Source: Narcine bancroftii (lineage: Eukaryota). Taken from it: a stretch of DNA of 64,000 bases. The DNA lies in the NCBI RefSeq assembly GCF_036971445.1, contig NC_091478.1, positions 79,918,001 to 79,982,000 on the forward strand. The letters run 5' to 3'. The notes beneath the pieces were generated by a model, which saw nothing but the letters and a program-made list of their open reading frames with translations, ran no database searches and was not told the DNA's origin. A program made the translations under genes and the position numbers. This document shows positions 24,480 to 35,339 of this stretch, in pieces (the first letter of the stretch is position 1; each line of letters starts with the position of its first letter).

Positions 24480-25225
24480 CCACAACGACCTGGACTCCAC
24501 ATCCTTACATCGTGTCCCTTGCAAGGACTCCATCCCCTTCTCCCAATTTCTTCATCACCGCCACATCTGCTCCCAAGAGGAGGTGTTCCAGTCCAGAGCC
24601 TCTGAAATGTCTGCCTTCTTCCACAAACATGGCTTCCTCTCCACCACTATTAACTCGGCCCTCACCCGCATCTCCTCCATTTCCCACTCATCTGCCCTTG
24701 ACCTCCCACCCTAAGAAACAATAAGCACATAATCACCTTCATCCTCACCTACCACCACATCCAACATATTATCTGCTGGAATTTCTGGTACTTACTACAG
24801 AACCCCACCACCAGAGACTTTTTTCCTTCTCTTCCCCTCTCAGCCTTCTGTAGGGACCTTGTGCACTCTTTCCACTCCACCCATCAACCCCACACCTCCT
24901 CCCTCACCACAGTCCAAGGTCCCAAACAGACCTTTCAGGTGAAGCAACACTTCACTTGCACCTCCAAAGAACTCATTTACTGCATCTGGTGCACCATCTG
25001 TGGTCTTCTCTACATCGGAGAGACCGGTTGCAGATTAGGAGATCGCTTCACCCAGCACCTCCACTCCGTCCACAACAAAAACGACCTCCCTGTAGCCAAC
25101 CATTTCAATTCTGAGTCACACACTCAAGCTCACATGTCTGTCCATGGCCATTCACACTACCCCACCCTGATCACTTACAGATTGGAGGAACACCACTTCA
25201 TTTTTTGTCTGGGTACTCTCCATTT
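24480..25225 (+). mobile_element. Penelope-like element (RT thumb + GIY-YIG endonuclease), degraded
   Basis: CKDSIPFSQF..HICSQEE; FTCTSKELIYCIWCTICGLLYIGETGCRLGDRF..VANHFN. Confidence 0.88.
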
Positions 25226-25279
25226 GAGTTCACTGCATTCCACTAATCAGCTTGCCTTTCCCCCCCCCCTCCAATTAGG

Positions 25280-25522
25280 TGTTAATTGGACTGATTTTGT
25301 GGAATCAATGGACTATTGTCTTTAAAGCAACAGAGCAGACATAGTGGCTTCTTACAGCTTTTTGCAGGAGCTTTGAAGAGTGCTCAGAGAGGTCACTGAT
25401 GGGTTTTTGTTTACCTAAAAGCAACAGATGAAAGGGCAGGCTAGTGCCCTATTGTCTACAGAAGACTTGCTGTTGTAAGAGGATCATGTGGTTTTGCAAG
25501 CAGAGAATCAAACAGGCTGTCT

Positions 25523-25587
<65 letters not shown>

Positions 25588-26202
25588 CGAGCAGTGTCAG
25601 CCAACTGAAATAGGAAAAGTTAGCAAGAAGCTCCAATGTGGAAGATGGCCTAGTCACTGTCTTGTAGTTCATGCAAGAGAGGACTGGCTGTCTAATGTTC
25701 TCTTGGAATAAGTGAAACAGAAAGGAACTCTGTGGTGACCTGAAAGAAAGAGGTTATCATCTGGAGAACCCTGAAGGGGCAAGTTTCATCAGCAAGTCAC
25801 TGAGGTGACTGATGGAAGTACCTCAGTTGTAGGTCTCCTGGAACAACACATCTCTCTCTGAAAACCAACAAGAACCTTCGTGAGCGGTAACCATTTACCT
25901 TTCGAGCACCAAAGCCTGGTGAACTTTATACATGTTAAATTCTGTGCACAGTACAAGAATTGCCTGCAACCAGTTAACTTGGAAGAATGAGGAGTGAGAT
26001 TGGACTGTGAACCAAAGAACTTCTCTGAACTTACACATACATTACAAACATGTGCGCTTAGAATTAGAAAGGTGTTAAGTGAGGTTAAATAAGTTAATTA
26101 TAGACAAGTTAAAGTTTGTTTCCTTTTTTATGTTTAAAGATAATTAAAAGCAACTTTTAAGTAACCATATGTCTTGGTGAATATCTATTGCTGCTCGCAA
26201 CA
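25280..26202 (+). mobile_element. Solo LTR, family A, with internal (GT)n(GA)n microsatellite at 25525-25587
   Basis: Colinear with both halves of the 15181-17772 LTR; ends ...ctcgcaaCA. Confidence 0.82.
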
Positions 26203-27818
26203 GAAACAATAAAAGGAAACTAATTATAGCCTCTCCCTGACTTACGACTTATCCGATTTACAATCATCGGTGCATATGACCGAAAAGAAATAACGGCTGT
26301 ATGCATACGATAGTGACCGTCTCAGTTGCCATTTGGTAAGATCGCCAAAGAAGATGGCGAGCAAGAGGGAAAAACCCATCCCCTGTTAATAGATCTGGCA
26401 AGAAGACACTCAATTTAGAATTGAAAATGACTTGATTTATGACTTCTAATGCCATGGTAACATACTTCCGTCTTGCATCCATTTCAAGATGCGGCCAGTC
26501 AGAATGGAACTCGGACACACGTTGGGGAATAGCTGTGTTCCACAGACCAGGCTAAAAGAGGAAAGTTTATTTTCAAAATTTTAATCGAGATTTCCAATTT
26601 CTGAATAAATTATACACTTGAATTGTGTTTTACAATATAAAAGAGAATCAAACCAAGTTCTCCTAAGTCATACCAAACCTACTATTAGTCTTCAAACAGA
26701 TGAAAAAAAAAATCAGGATTGTTCATTTGCTGTCACATCGCATCCCGTAATCCAACAAATGTTGCAGCCGGTGAGCTCACAGTTCCAGAAAACAATAATA
26801 AATTCTGATCTGACTTCTACTGCTCTATGGAGCACATTCTCACTATGAACGTGAAATTCGGTTTTTCTCATATTCCATGATGAGTGAATTGTTTCCCTGA
26901 TGTATGATAAGTTGAGAACCTGGGAGGAATTGATGTAATTGTGGAGAAAATAAAAATAGATTTGGACAAATGTTTCTTCCTGCTCAGTTGCATACCTGAA
27001 AGGCCAAAGAGGTCTATTTCTGTACTTAATTTTTCCATAACTATTAATGAAGAGAGAAAATCCAAATGGAAGAAAATTATATACTAAAGAGTTACAAATT
27101 TACTAAAATGACATTGCAGTTTTGGCTGTTTAAGTTGAAATATAGCATTGCAACCTGGGTTTTTAGATCCCCAATAGTAGTCAAGCACAGGAAGAACAGC
27201 TCATGTAGGTTACGCTCAAGAGTTAAAATAAACTACTCGAGGAATTCAGCAAGCCAGACAGGGAACAATGAACAAGGAAACAAGCCAATGGTTTGGGTTA
27301 AGTCCGTGAATCAAAACTGAGTGTAAAGGGAAAGATAAACAGTAAGAAGGTGTGTGTATGTGTGTGACGGGGTGGCGGGGTGGAGTAAAGCAGGTGTCAG
27401 CTGATTTCTTAATTTTTTTTCCTCATGGTAATAAGATCTGAAATTTTGTGCTTCCATTGGAAACTGTACCAGCTGGACTGCAGCCATATTTAAAGTGGTT
27501 ACTGGATAATGATTTTACCGAATTCTAGTATCATTCTGTTGAAAAGAAAGGGAATGACAATGCCATACATTTAATATTTAAAACTTGATGCCTGATAAAT
27601 AATTTTAAACATGATAAATGTTCTGTTGCTTTTCCTTTACATATCAAAGTTATTCAAATCAATCAACTGCAAGAGCTCAGAGACTCCATAGTAAAACCAC
27701 CAGACATATATCATTTCTTTATCTGAAAGGAGGCAGCAACATTGAGTTCACCATCCACCCCCCATTCTAGTGGGCAGTGAATGGTGATACACACACGTTT
27801 ATAAACAGAAATGCTCAC

Positions 27819-27961
27819 CGTTTCCAGTTTGGAACTGGTTCCTGATTTACACAAACAGGAATACAAAGTCGTCCAAAAAGTGAACATGGCCAAGCAACGA
27901 TAGCTAGCAGGAACATGCATACAATGCGCAAGGGAACAAGAGTGACGCTGGCCAGAGCTAT
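27819..27961 (-). CDS. LPCAT2: LPCAT2 coding exon 2 (IALASVTLVPLRIVCMFLLAIVAWPCSLFGRLCIPVCVNQEPVPNWKR), hydrophobic membrane anchor
   Basis: Acceptor tttttcccccacag, donor CG|gtgagc, 143 nt, phase 0 to 2. Homologous to LPCAT1/2 exon 2 (LxPxR...AWP...WxR). Not present as such in the ORF track. Confidence 0.92.
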
Positions 27962-28758
27962 CTGTGGGGGAAAAACAATAGAATGTATGGGCTTTCAATG
28001 AAATGTTGCTTCGTGCCTACGCCAAACTCTGCAGTGGTTCCCCCTCACACTATTGCCCTTTTCTCCACAGTGCAATCAGAAAACTCAATTTCTCTCCCTT
28101 CTCCACCCTATAGAGTCATGTCTGAGTCCTTTTACAACTGGGCAGATCCTGCAACAATGAAATGATCAACCCCTGAACACTGACATCTCTAATATTAATT
28201 AAACCCATTCCTCTTCCCTGCTCCCAGTACAGTTATCCTCAACATCACGTGGGGCACATCCCAATTCTCAATGCATTTTAAACCTTGATGAAGGGCTCAT
28301 GGCCAAAATGTTAGTTATGTATCTTTATCTTTGCTTTATAAAGTACACTGTTCCTGCTGAGTTTCTCCAGCATCATGTTTTCCCTTTGCAAGCATCAGTT
28401 ATTCAAAGCAGTCAACTGTAAGAGCTCAGAGTCCCCATAGTAAAACCCCAATCACAGTGACCAAAGACTTTCCTGTGTCAATTCTTGGATTTTTATTCCC
28501 CACCAGTTCTGGTAACACATGTGACAAACCCAGCTGCCCCCGACCCTTGTATCCCTCCTTTCCCCCAACCCTGTGAAGTCAGCCCCTCTCCCCCAGTCCG
28601 GTGGTCCCTCACACACGAGCCTTGTATCCCTTGTGGTCACCCCATGCCCCCATCCACGTCCCGTGGTCCCTCACCCCCAACCCTGTGAAGAGCCCAGCCC
28701 GTTCATACCCGTCGCCGCCCGGCTCCGACCAGCTGTTCGCCGCGATCACCCGACTTAC

Positions 28759-28905
28759 CTTCAACTTGTCGGTCACGCTGAGCCCGATGCGGTAGACGAA
28801 GGGGTTGTTGACGCACGGCTGGAAGAACGAGCTCTGCCTGGGCACGGGGATCACTCGGCTGCCCCTACCCCACCGGCCATCGCCCGGCGACCGCGGCACC
28901 GACAT
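28759..28905 (-). CDS. LPCAT2: LPCAT2 coding exon 1 (MSVPRSPGDGRWGRGSRVIPVPRQSSFFQPCVNNPFVYRIGLSVTDKLK)
   Basis: ATG at 28905 (A at -3), 147 nt, donor AAG|gtaagt, phase 0. VPRQSSFFQP..NPFV matches the LPCAT2 N-terminus (VPRQASFFPPPVPNPFV). Lies in a small CpG-rich island. Confidence 0.9.
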
Positions 28906-29050
28906 CCTCTCACCGCCGGTGAGCAGCCAGCCCGGGCATGCGCAGAGCAGCAGCAGCGCTGGGTTCACTCGCGGAGCGGGTAGGATGATGAGTGAGGAGG
29001 TGGGGAAGTGGTGAGTGGGGATTGAAGGGAAGTCGGGGGAATGAGGGGGG

Positions 29051-29140
29051 GGGGAGAATGGGGGAGGGGAGAATGGGGGAGGGGAGAATGGGGGAGGGGA
29101 GAATGGGGGAGGGGAGAATGGGGGAGGGGAGAATGGGGAG
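29051..29140. repeat. 15-bp tandem repeat (GAATGGGGGAGGGGA) x ~6
   Basis: Directly visible; produces the spurious FSPPP/PILPS/PHSPL ORFs. Confidence 0.9.
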
Positions 29141-30655
29141 TGGGGGGTGAGGGGATGGGGAGTGGGGGGGTGAGAGGATGAGGAGTGGGAGGGGAGGGGA
29201 TGGGGAGTGAGGGGTGGTTGGCAATGATTGGGGCAGGTTGTGAGTGGGACAGGCTGGGTGGATGAGGGCTGGCAGTGAGTGAAGCAGGGTAGTGGTGGTG
29301 CGGGTACAGTGAGTGGGATGGCATGGGTGGGGGAGCAGACGATGGTCAAGTGTGGGAGTGTCCCTGGGTGGTGCTGGTAATGTGTGGAAGTGACCCAGGA
29401 TGGGGAGGGGGAGTGGGACTGTAATGTGTGGGAAAGGGGCTGGTAATAGAAAATTACAACACAGAACAGGCCTTTCAGCCCACAATGTGGTGCTGACCAA
29501 TATATACCTAGCCCAAAAGAATCCTAAACCTTTCCTACTTCCTAATCCTCTGTTTTTCTTACATCCATGTGCCTAAGGCTCTCTTAAATGCCCCTATTGT
29601 TCTGGCCTCAACCACCACCTCTGACAATGTTTTGCACGCATCCATAATCTTGTGATCCTCTGTTAAGTCATCTCTAATCCTTCTTTGCATCAAAGGGAAA
29701 AGCCCTAGCTCTGATAACCTTGCCTCAGAAGACACATTCTCCAATCCTGGTAAATCTACCCTGCATCCTTGCCACAGCTTCCACATCCTTCTTCTTATGA
29801 GCCCTCATAGAAGCTTCATCCCCTCTTGTCCTTGTTTTCGTATTAAATTAAGAGTTAATGTGTGGAGGGGTGGGGAGGGAGGTAATGTGTGGGTCTTGGC
29901 CAAGGAGGGGCTGGTAATGTGTAGGAGTGGCCCAGGGATGGGCAGTACTGTGTAAGGGAGTGACCCAAGGAAGAGCTGACACTATGTGAGGGAGTGACCC
30001 AAGGAGGGGCTTACATTGTGCAGGAGAATGACCCATCAAAGGGTTCATGCTGTGCAATGAAAAGATCTAGAATGGTGACACACAGATTGCAGATGCTGGA
30101 AACTGGAGCAAAAAATTGATCTGCTGGAGGATATGTGTGTGGGTGATATGCAAATAGAACTAGGCGGGATAGGGGGAAGCACTGGGTAACAGCAGGGGTT
30201 GTTAAAAAGCATGGTCTTCTAAGAGAGGACCAAAGCTGATCAGGAGATGAAATAGCAGAGAAGAGCTGGTATGTGTGAGGGAGTGACCTGAAGTGAACTT
30301 GCACCATGAGAGTAGTTTGCACAATCTCAAGGCAAAAGTCAGTAAAAATACAAAATGCTGGAGAAGCTCAGCAGGTTAAACAGTGTCCTTTATGTAGCAA
30401 AGGTAAAGATACATACCCGAAGTTTCGGGCTTGAGTCCTTCATCAAGGTATGAGAGAATGCTGGCAGGCATCCGAACAAAAGATGGGGGGGTGGTAAAGG
30501 CAGAGATGATAGGTGGAGAAGGGAGGATGGATGGTTGGGTGGGTAAGGGAGAAGGGAGGGGAGAACTGGATAGGGAAGGGAGGGGAGAACTGGAAAGACA
30601 GGAAAGTGGGAGGGTGGGGTGAGAAATTTAGTGGAGGCAGAGAAGTCACTAAGCC

Positions 30656-32975
30656 ATAGATTCTCAAGGTGGGTCATAGGAATATTTTGGTGGGGCTTAA
30701 GAATATTTCAGTGGAGCATCAGAATATTTGAGAAATAATTAAAAAGTTGGTTTGGAAAAAATAAATTCAAAATGTTGGTGTGAAAGATGTGACTTGGCAA
30801 CACAATTCTGGTAACTTCCATGTAAAATCACTGTTATTTTCTTTTTCATAACCTGTTTTTGTTCTTCTGATGTTTGTCTGTAGTTTCTCCAATTTTAACT
30901 GTTGTTATACTTGGTTAACATTATAATAATATTTTTTCTGACCGATCTTATTATCATCCATTCCAAATTATCTCATTGCCGATGAGGATTCCAAATGATC
31001 TCAACAATCATTTCTCTGTCCATACTCTTGTATTTTTCAGTTCAGTAATGTGTGAGACCTGTATCTGTTTGTGCACTAGCGTGTTGATGGGGGGCAGGGG
31101 GCAGGAGGTCCACCCAAGGCATCAGTCTGGGGGGGGGGGGCGCCAAAAATTGGGAAAAAAATAGGGACCCTAGAAAGTAAAGCACGAGGCTAGTGCAGTT
31201 TTGATGTACTCTCTGTGAGAAAAAAAATTTCAAAAACCGCACTAGAGTTTTTATTTCATTTTTTTTAGGGTCATTATTCTTCCTTTGAATATCAATACTT
31301 TTATTACATTTTTCAATTCTAAGGCGTAATAAAATATTGATTAATCTGTTTTGGGCAACTTGCACTGTTGTATTAATCTGTTTCAGGGAGCTTGCGCAGT
31401 TGTATATTCAAAATGAGCAGACCAAGCAAGCAAAAGTTTTGTCAACATTCAGTGGAGTTCTTGAAGTTTGCTGTACACGATGAGCATGCACCTCTTTGAC
31501 TATTATATCACAGACTTTGACAAATGAATCAATGAAAGCAGGCCTTCTTGAAGCTCATTTGAGGGTAAAACATCCTAACCATGTCAACTCGAAATTTGAA
31601 AATTTTAAATCACTGAAAGAGAAGTTTGAAAATAGATCAAAAATCAGTTTATTATTTGCTGTGCAAACAACCGCCCTGAATCGAACCCTTGAAGTGAGCT
31701 ATGAAATTTCTCTACTGATAGCAAAACATGGGAAGAATCGTATGATTTGAGAGGAACTGAATAAACCTGCAATATCATTGTTTCTCAAAACATTTCTGCA
31801 GAAGGATGTCTGAGCAATGCCATTGAGTAATAGTACTGTCTGCAACAGAATAGATGACATGGGTCAAGATGTTGAAATCATGAGATTATATTGATCAGGA
31901 AGAGTTTCAAGAAGAGATGATGTTTTGTGAATCATTAGAAATAACCACGACTGCAGTTGAATCTACAAGCTCAAAAACTATTTGGATGAAAATGAAATAC
32001 CAAAAGGAAACATTGCATCTTGAGTTGCAGATGGTGGACCTGCTATGATGGGTTAAAAAACAGGATGTTTAAAATTAATGAAGTTTTAAAATCCAAACAT
32101 GTTGGTTGTGCATTGTGTTATCCACCAAGAAAACTTAGTTCCTAAGAAAGTTGCCCCTGTTCTACACGAGGTACTGCCCTCTGTGATTGTGTATTGATGC
32201 CATCAAAGCTCATGCCAAATGTGAATGTCTGTTTAAGCAGTTTTGTGTCGATAAAAATACAGAACATGTGAGATTATTGCTTCACACTGAAATAAGTTGT
32301 TTGTCAAAAGGAAACTGCTTCAAAAGATTTATGGAACTGTTTGATCTCCTCAGTGAGTTTTTGAAGGACAAACCTGAAATGAAGCTCTTGCTAACAACAG
32401 ATGGCCAAAGCTTATGTGAGTTACTTGACGGACATTTTTAAGAAACTAAGTACATTGAACAAGCAACTCTAAGTAGCAAATATGACACTTGTTGATGCAA
32501 AAGTAAAGATATTTGGATCCATGACATGTCTAGAATTATGCCAAAGGAATATTTCTGCAAGAAACTTCAGTCAATTCTATTGGTTGAAGAAGTTTGAGGT
32601 AACTAATGCTGCTACCAACATAATTGATGACCATTTGAAAATGTTGGTTCCTGACTTCAATGATAGATTTTGTAATTTAAAGGCAATAGATTTTCCCTCT
32701 TGGTTAACTCAGCCATTGCTGCTGGACTTATCTGAAGTTCCAGTGCAATACCAAGAGGAATTATCTGAGTTGCAACATGATGAATCTTGAAAACTCTGTT
32801 CAAAGTGAAAGGAACCATGATGTGGCTGTGTAATGAGATTGAAAAGAAATGCCCAAATTCAACTTCTTTAGCAAAGGAACTATCGATACATTTTTCATCA
32901 TCTTATTTAGTAGAATGTGGCCTCAGTGCTGTTAGTGATTTGCTACAAGCTAAGAGAAACCGACTGGAAATTAGT
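30656..32975 (+). mobile_element. hAT (Charlie/Buster/ZBED8-like) DNA transposon relic with disrupted transposase (~31413-32975)
   Basis: LTNESMKAGLLEAHLRVKHP (BED finger), SYEISLLIAKHGKN, VHCVIH, RLLLHTE..LSKGN, FSSSYLVECGLSAV..KRNRLEI. Left end resembles a CAGTGGTTCTCAA TIR (catagattctcaa). Right end truncated. Confidence 0.85.
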
Positions 32976-33350
32976 GTAGGCGTGTGATTCGGAAATGAAA
33001 TGGTTGGCTACTGGGAGGTCGCTGTTGTTGTGGACAGAGTATAGGTACTGAGCGAAGCCATCTCCCAATCTGTGACCAGTCTCTCCGATGTAGAGAACGC
33101 CACAAAGGGAGCACCAGATGCAGTTAATAAGTCCTGTGTATATACAAATTTACTTCAAAGATCTGTTTGGGACTTCGCACTGTGGTGAGGTGTGGGTGCA
33201 AGTGTTACTCCTCCTGCTGCTGCAGTGGACAGTGCCGGGGGTCGACAGGTGGGGAGAGATGAGTGCACGAAGGACTCACAGTGGGAGCGGTTTCTACAGA
33301 AGGCCGAGAGGGGAGGAGAAGGAAAAATGTGTCCGTTGGTGGGATTCTGC
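32976..33350 (-). mobile_element. Penelope-like GIY-YIG fragment
   Basis: Reverse complement encodes YCIWCSLCGVLYIGETGHRLGDGFA. Confidence 0.75.
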
Positions 33351-34164
33351 AGAAAGTGCTGGAAATTCCAGCAGATAATTCCTGCTGAGCTTCTCCAGCT
33401 TTTTGTGTTTTTACCTCAACCATGGTGTCTACAGATTTTTGTGATTTACTTCAAGGCAGGAGTCAGATAAGACTGAGGCAGTGGCCTGGGGAGTGCCTTA
33501 TACTTTGAGAAAGGAATGCTGGAAGAGATTCACACTGCATGAGCATGAGGCACATTCAGTGACGTGCAGAGAGAAACTAGGAGGAGGCTATTTGGTACTT
33601 TGAACTTGCTCTGCAGCTAAAAATACAACTGTTCTGATACATTGGTCCCGCCATCCCAGGAATCTTCTCTGCATACCTTCTTGAGCAAGAGCAATATTTT
33701 TCTGAACCTTCATGCAATTCTGAAAGCATGACCCACTGTTCGGTTATCAATGCAGGAGACTGCAGATAATAGAGGACCTCACCAGGTCAAGCAGCAGCAT
33801 GGGAGCAAAAGAATGGCCAATATTTCAGACCAGAATCTTTCATTAAGACTGAGAGTACAGACGGAGGATTGCCAATACAATGAAGACAGCATGGGTGGGA
33901 TGAGGTCATCGCCATTCAGGGATCTGGTGAATGAGGGAGACACGAAGCATGATGGACAGAAGCAGTTGATTTGCAGGTGTCAGATAAGCTCTCGTTTTAT
34001 TTAGTAACTACACTTTAAGGATTAACACAGGCTGAAAATTTTTCATGACAAAACCTTTTTATAACAAAACCATCCACAACTTGTGCTCTCAGACAGCATG
34101 GAACCATCAGATCCAAATGATCAACCAAATCAATGTTTTGGGAGAACAAATAAACAATGGTTAT

Positions 34165-34943
34165 TATAGGACACTTGAAGAGAGTGGTGAGGAAGACCAG
34201 ATGGGACTTTTACAGGTCATATGATTATGTCTCCTGTTTTTGTGAAATTGAAACAGGAAACAGATTTCAGCATTAATCAAGCAAGTCATGTGATTGAGAC
34301 ATTTGAAGAAGCAAACTTGATTTAATAAGTAACCAGCGATCTGCAAGACAGAAATGAAGTAACTTGGTGTGAGATGTTTCTCCTTGTTAGGGGAAAACAG
34401 TGACCTACTGTAATCATTATAATGGTAATTTTTGATTACCCATATCTGGGTAAAGGAAACAGGATCATTCCTGTATTTGGATTGTGACCATTCCAATGTT
34501 CATTTGGTCTAACCCTTGGCTGGGCATGTGGAAGCATCATGGAAGTCACAAGTTTTGTTTCCCCTATGCAAGGAAGAGGGGAGTTGCAACCATCATTTGT
34601 AGGAAAGAACATTTTTCTGGAAGCAACTCGACAAGGATTCATGAGTTTTGAGATTTCTTATAATTTAGTGTCGCACCTACTTCATAACTACTTCTGAACA
34701 TCAGTTTAAAAGTTCTGAGTTTCAACACAGGATTTCTAAGACTGAACTTTGAATTGACTTTTCAGAATTGTGTATAAGCTGTAATAGTTTGGGTAATCCC
34801 CACACGCACACACACGCACACATACATGCACATAGTTGGGGTTATGTTTTGATTTAAGTTTTTATATTATTAACAGTTATTAATAAATATATTTTAAAAA
34901 AGCTGTTTTGGTGAATGTTATTGTTACTGGTCTATGACATAAC
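34165..34943 (+). mobile_element. Older, diverged solo LTR related to family A
   Basis: Similar terminal layout (aataaatat..ttggtgaatgttattgttactgg..ataaCA); start uncertain. Confidence 0.5.
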
Positions 34944-35339
34944 AGATAGAGGCGAGAGAAAAAAAGGTCAGGTGAAGGAAGCTGAGAGGGGTGCAGTCAA
35001 AGACTGCTGATGCTGGAATCTGATCGGAGAAGTTGATAATTAGGAGAACGATCAGAGGAGAGGTGAAGTACAAATAAGGATCATAAGACGTAGGACCAGA
35101 TGGGGAGTGGGGGTGGGAGGGGAATGAGGGGACAGAATCCTGGAGGGTAAATGGGATGAAAGAGGAGGAATCAGGAGGGAATGGGAATGAGAATTAGTGG
35201 AGATGTGTGGGAAACAGAACAAAAAAATGGGGGTGGGGTGGGGGTGGGGAAGAACATGTGGCTTGGAAGAAGGGACTCATAATGTGAAATTGGAAAATTC
35301 AGTGTTCATAGCATTAGGCCGTAGACTGCCCAGAGAGAA

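Larger units (their letters stand above)
28690..29210 (-). promoter_or_regulatory. Probable LPCAT2 promoter / 5' end: small CpG island, NRF1-like motif and purine-pyrimidine tract
   Basis: CpG-dense 28690-28980 around exon 1. TGCGCATGCCC on the minus strand at ~28934-28944. G-run tract at 29030-29210. No TATA box seen. Confidence 0.6.

Noticed and set aside
28609-29500. Long Pro-rich minus-strand ORFs as an N-terminal extension of LPCAT2
   Set aside because: They start at non-ATG codons and run through the 15-bp promoter repeat; homology begins only at the ATG at 28905.
31413-32975. Domesticated ZBED8/SCAND3-like gene
   Set aside because: Multiple stops, frameshifts and an internal deletion; it is a dead hAT transposase.
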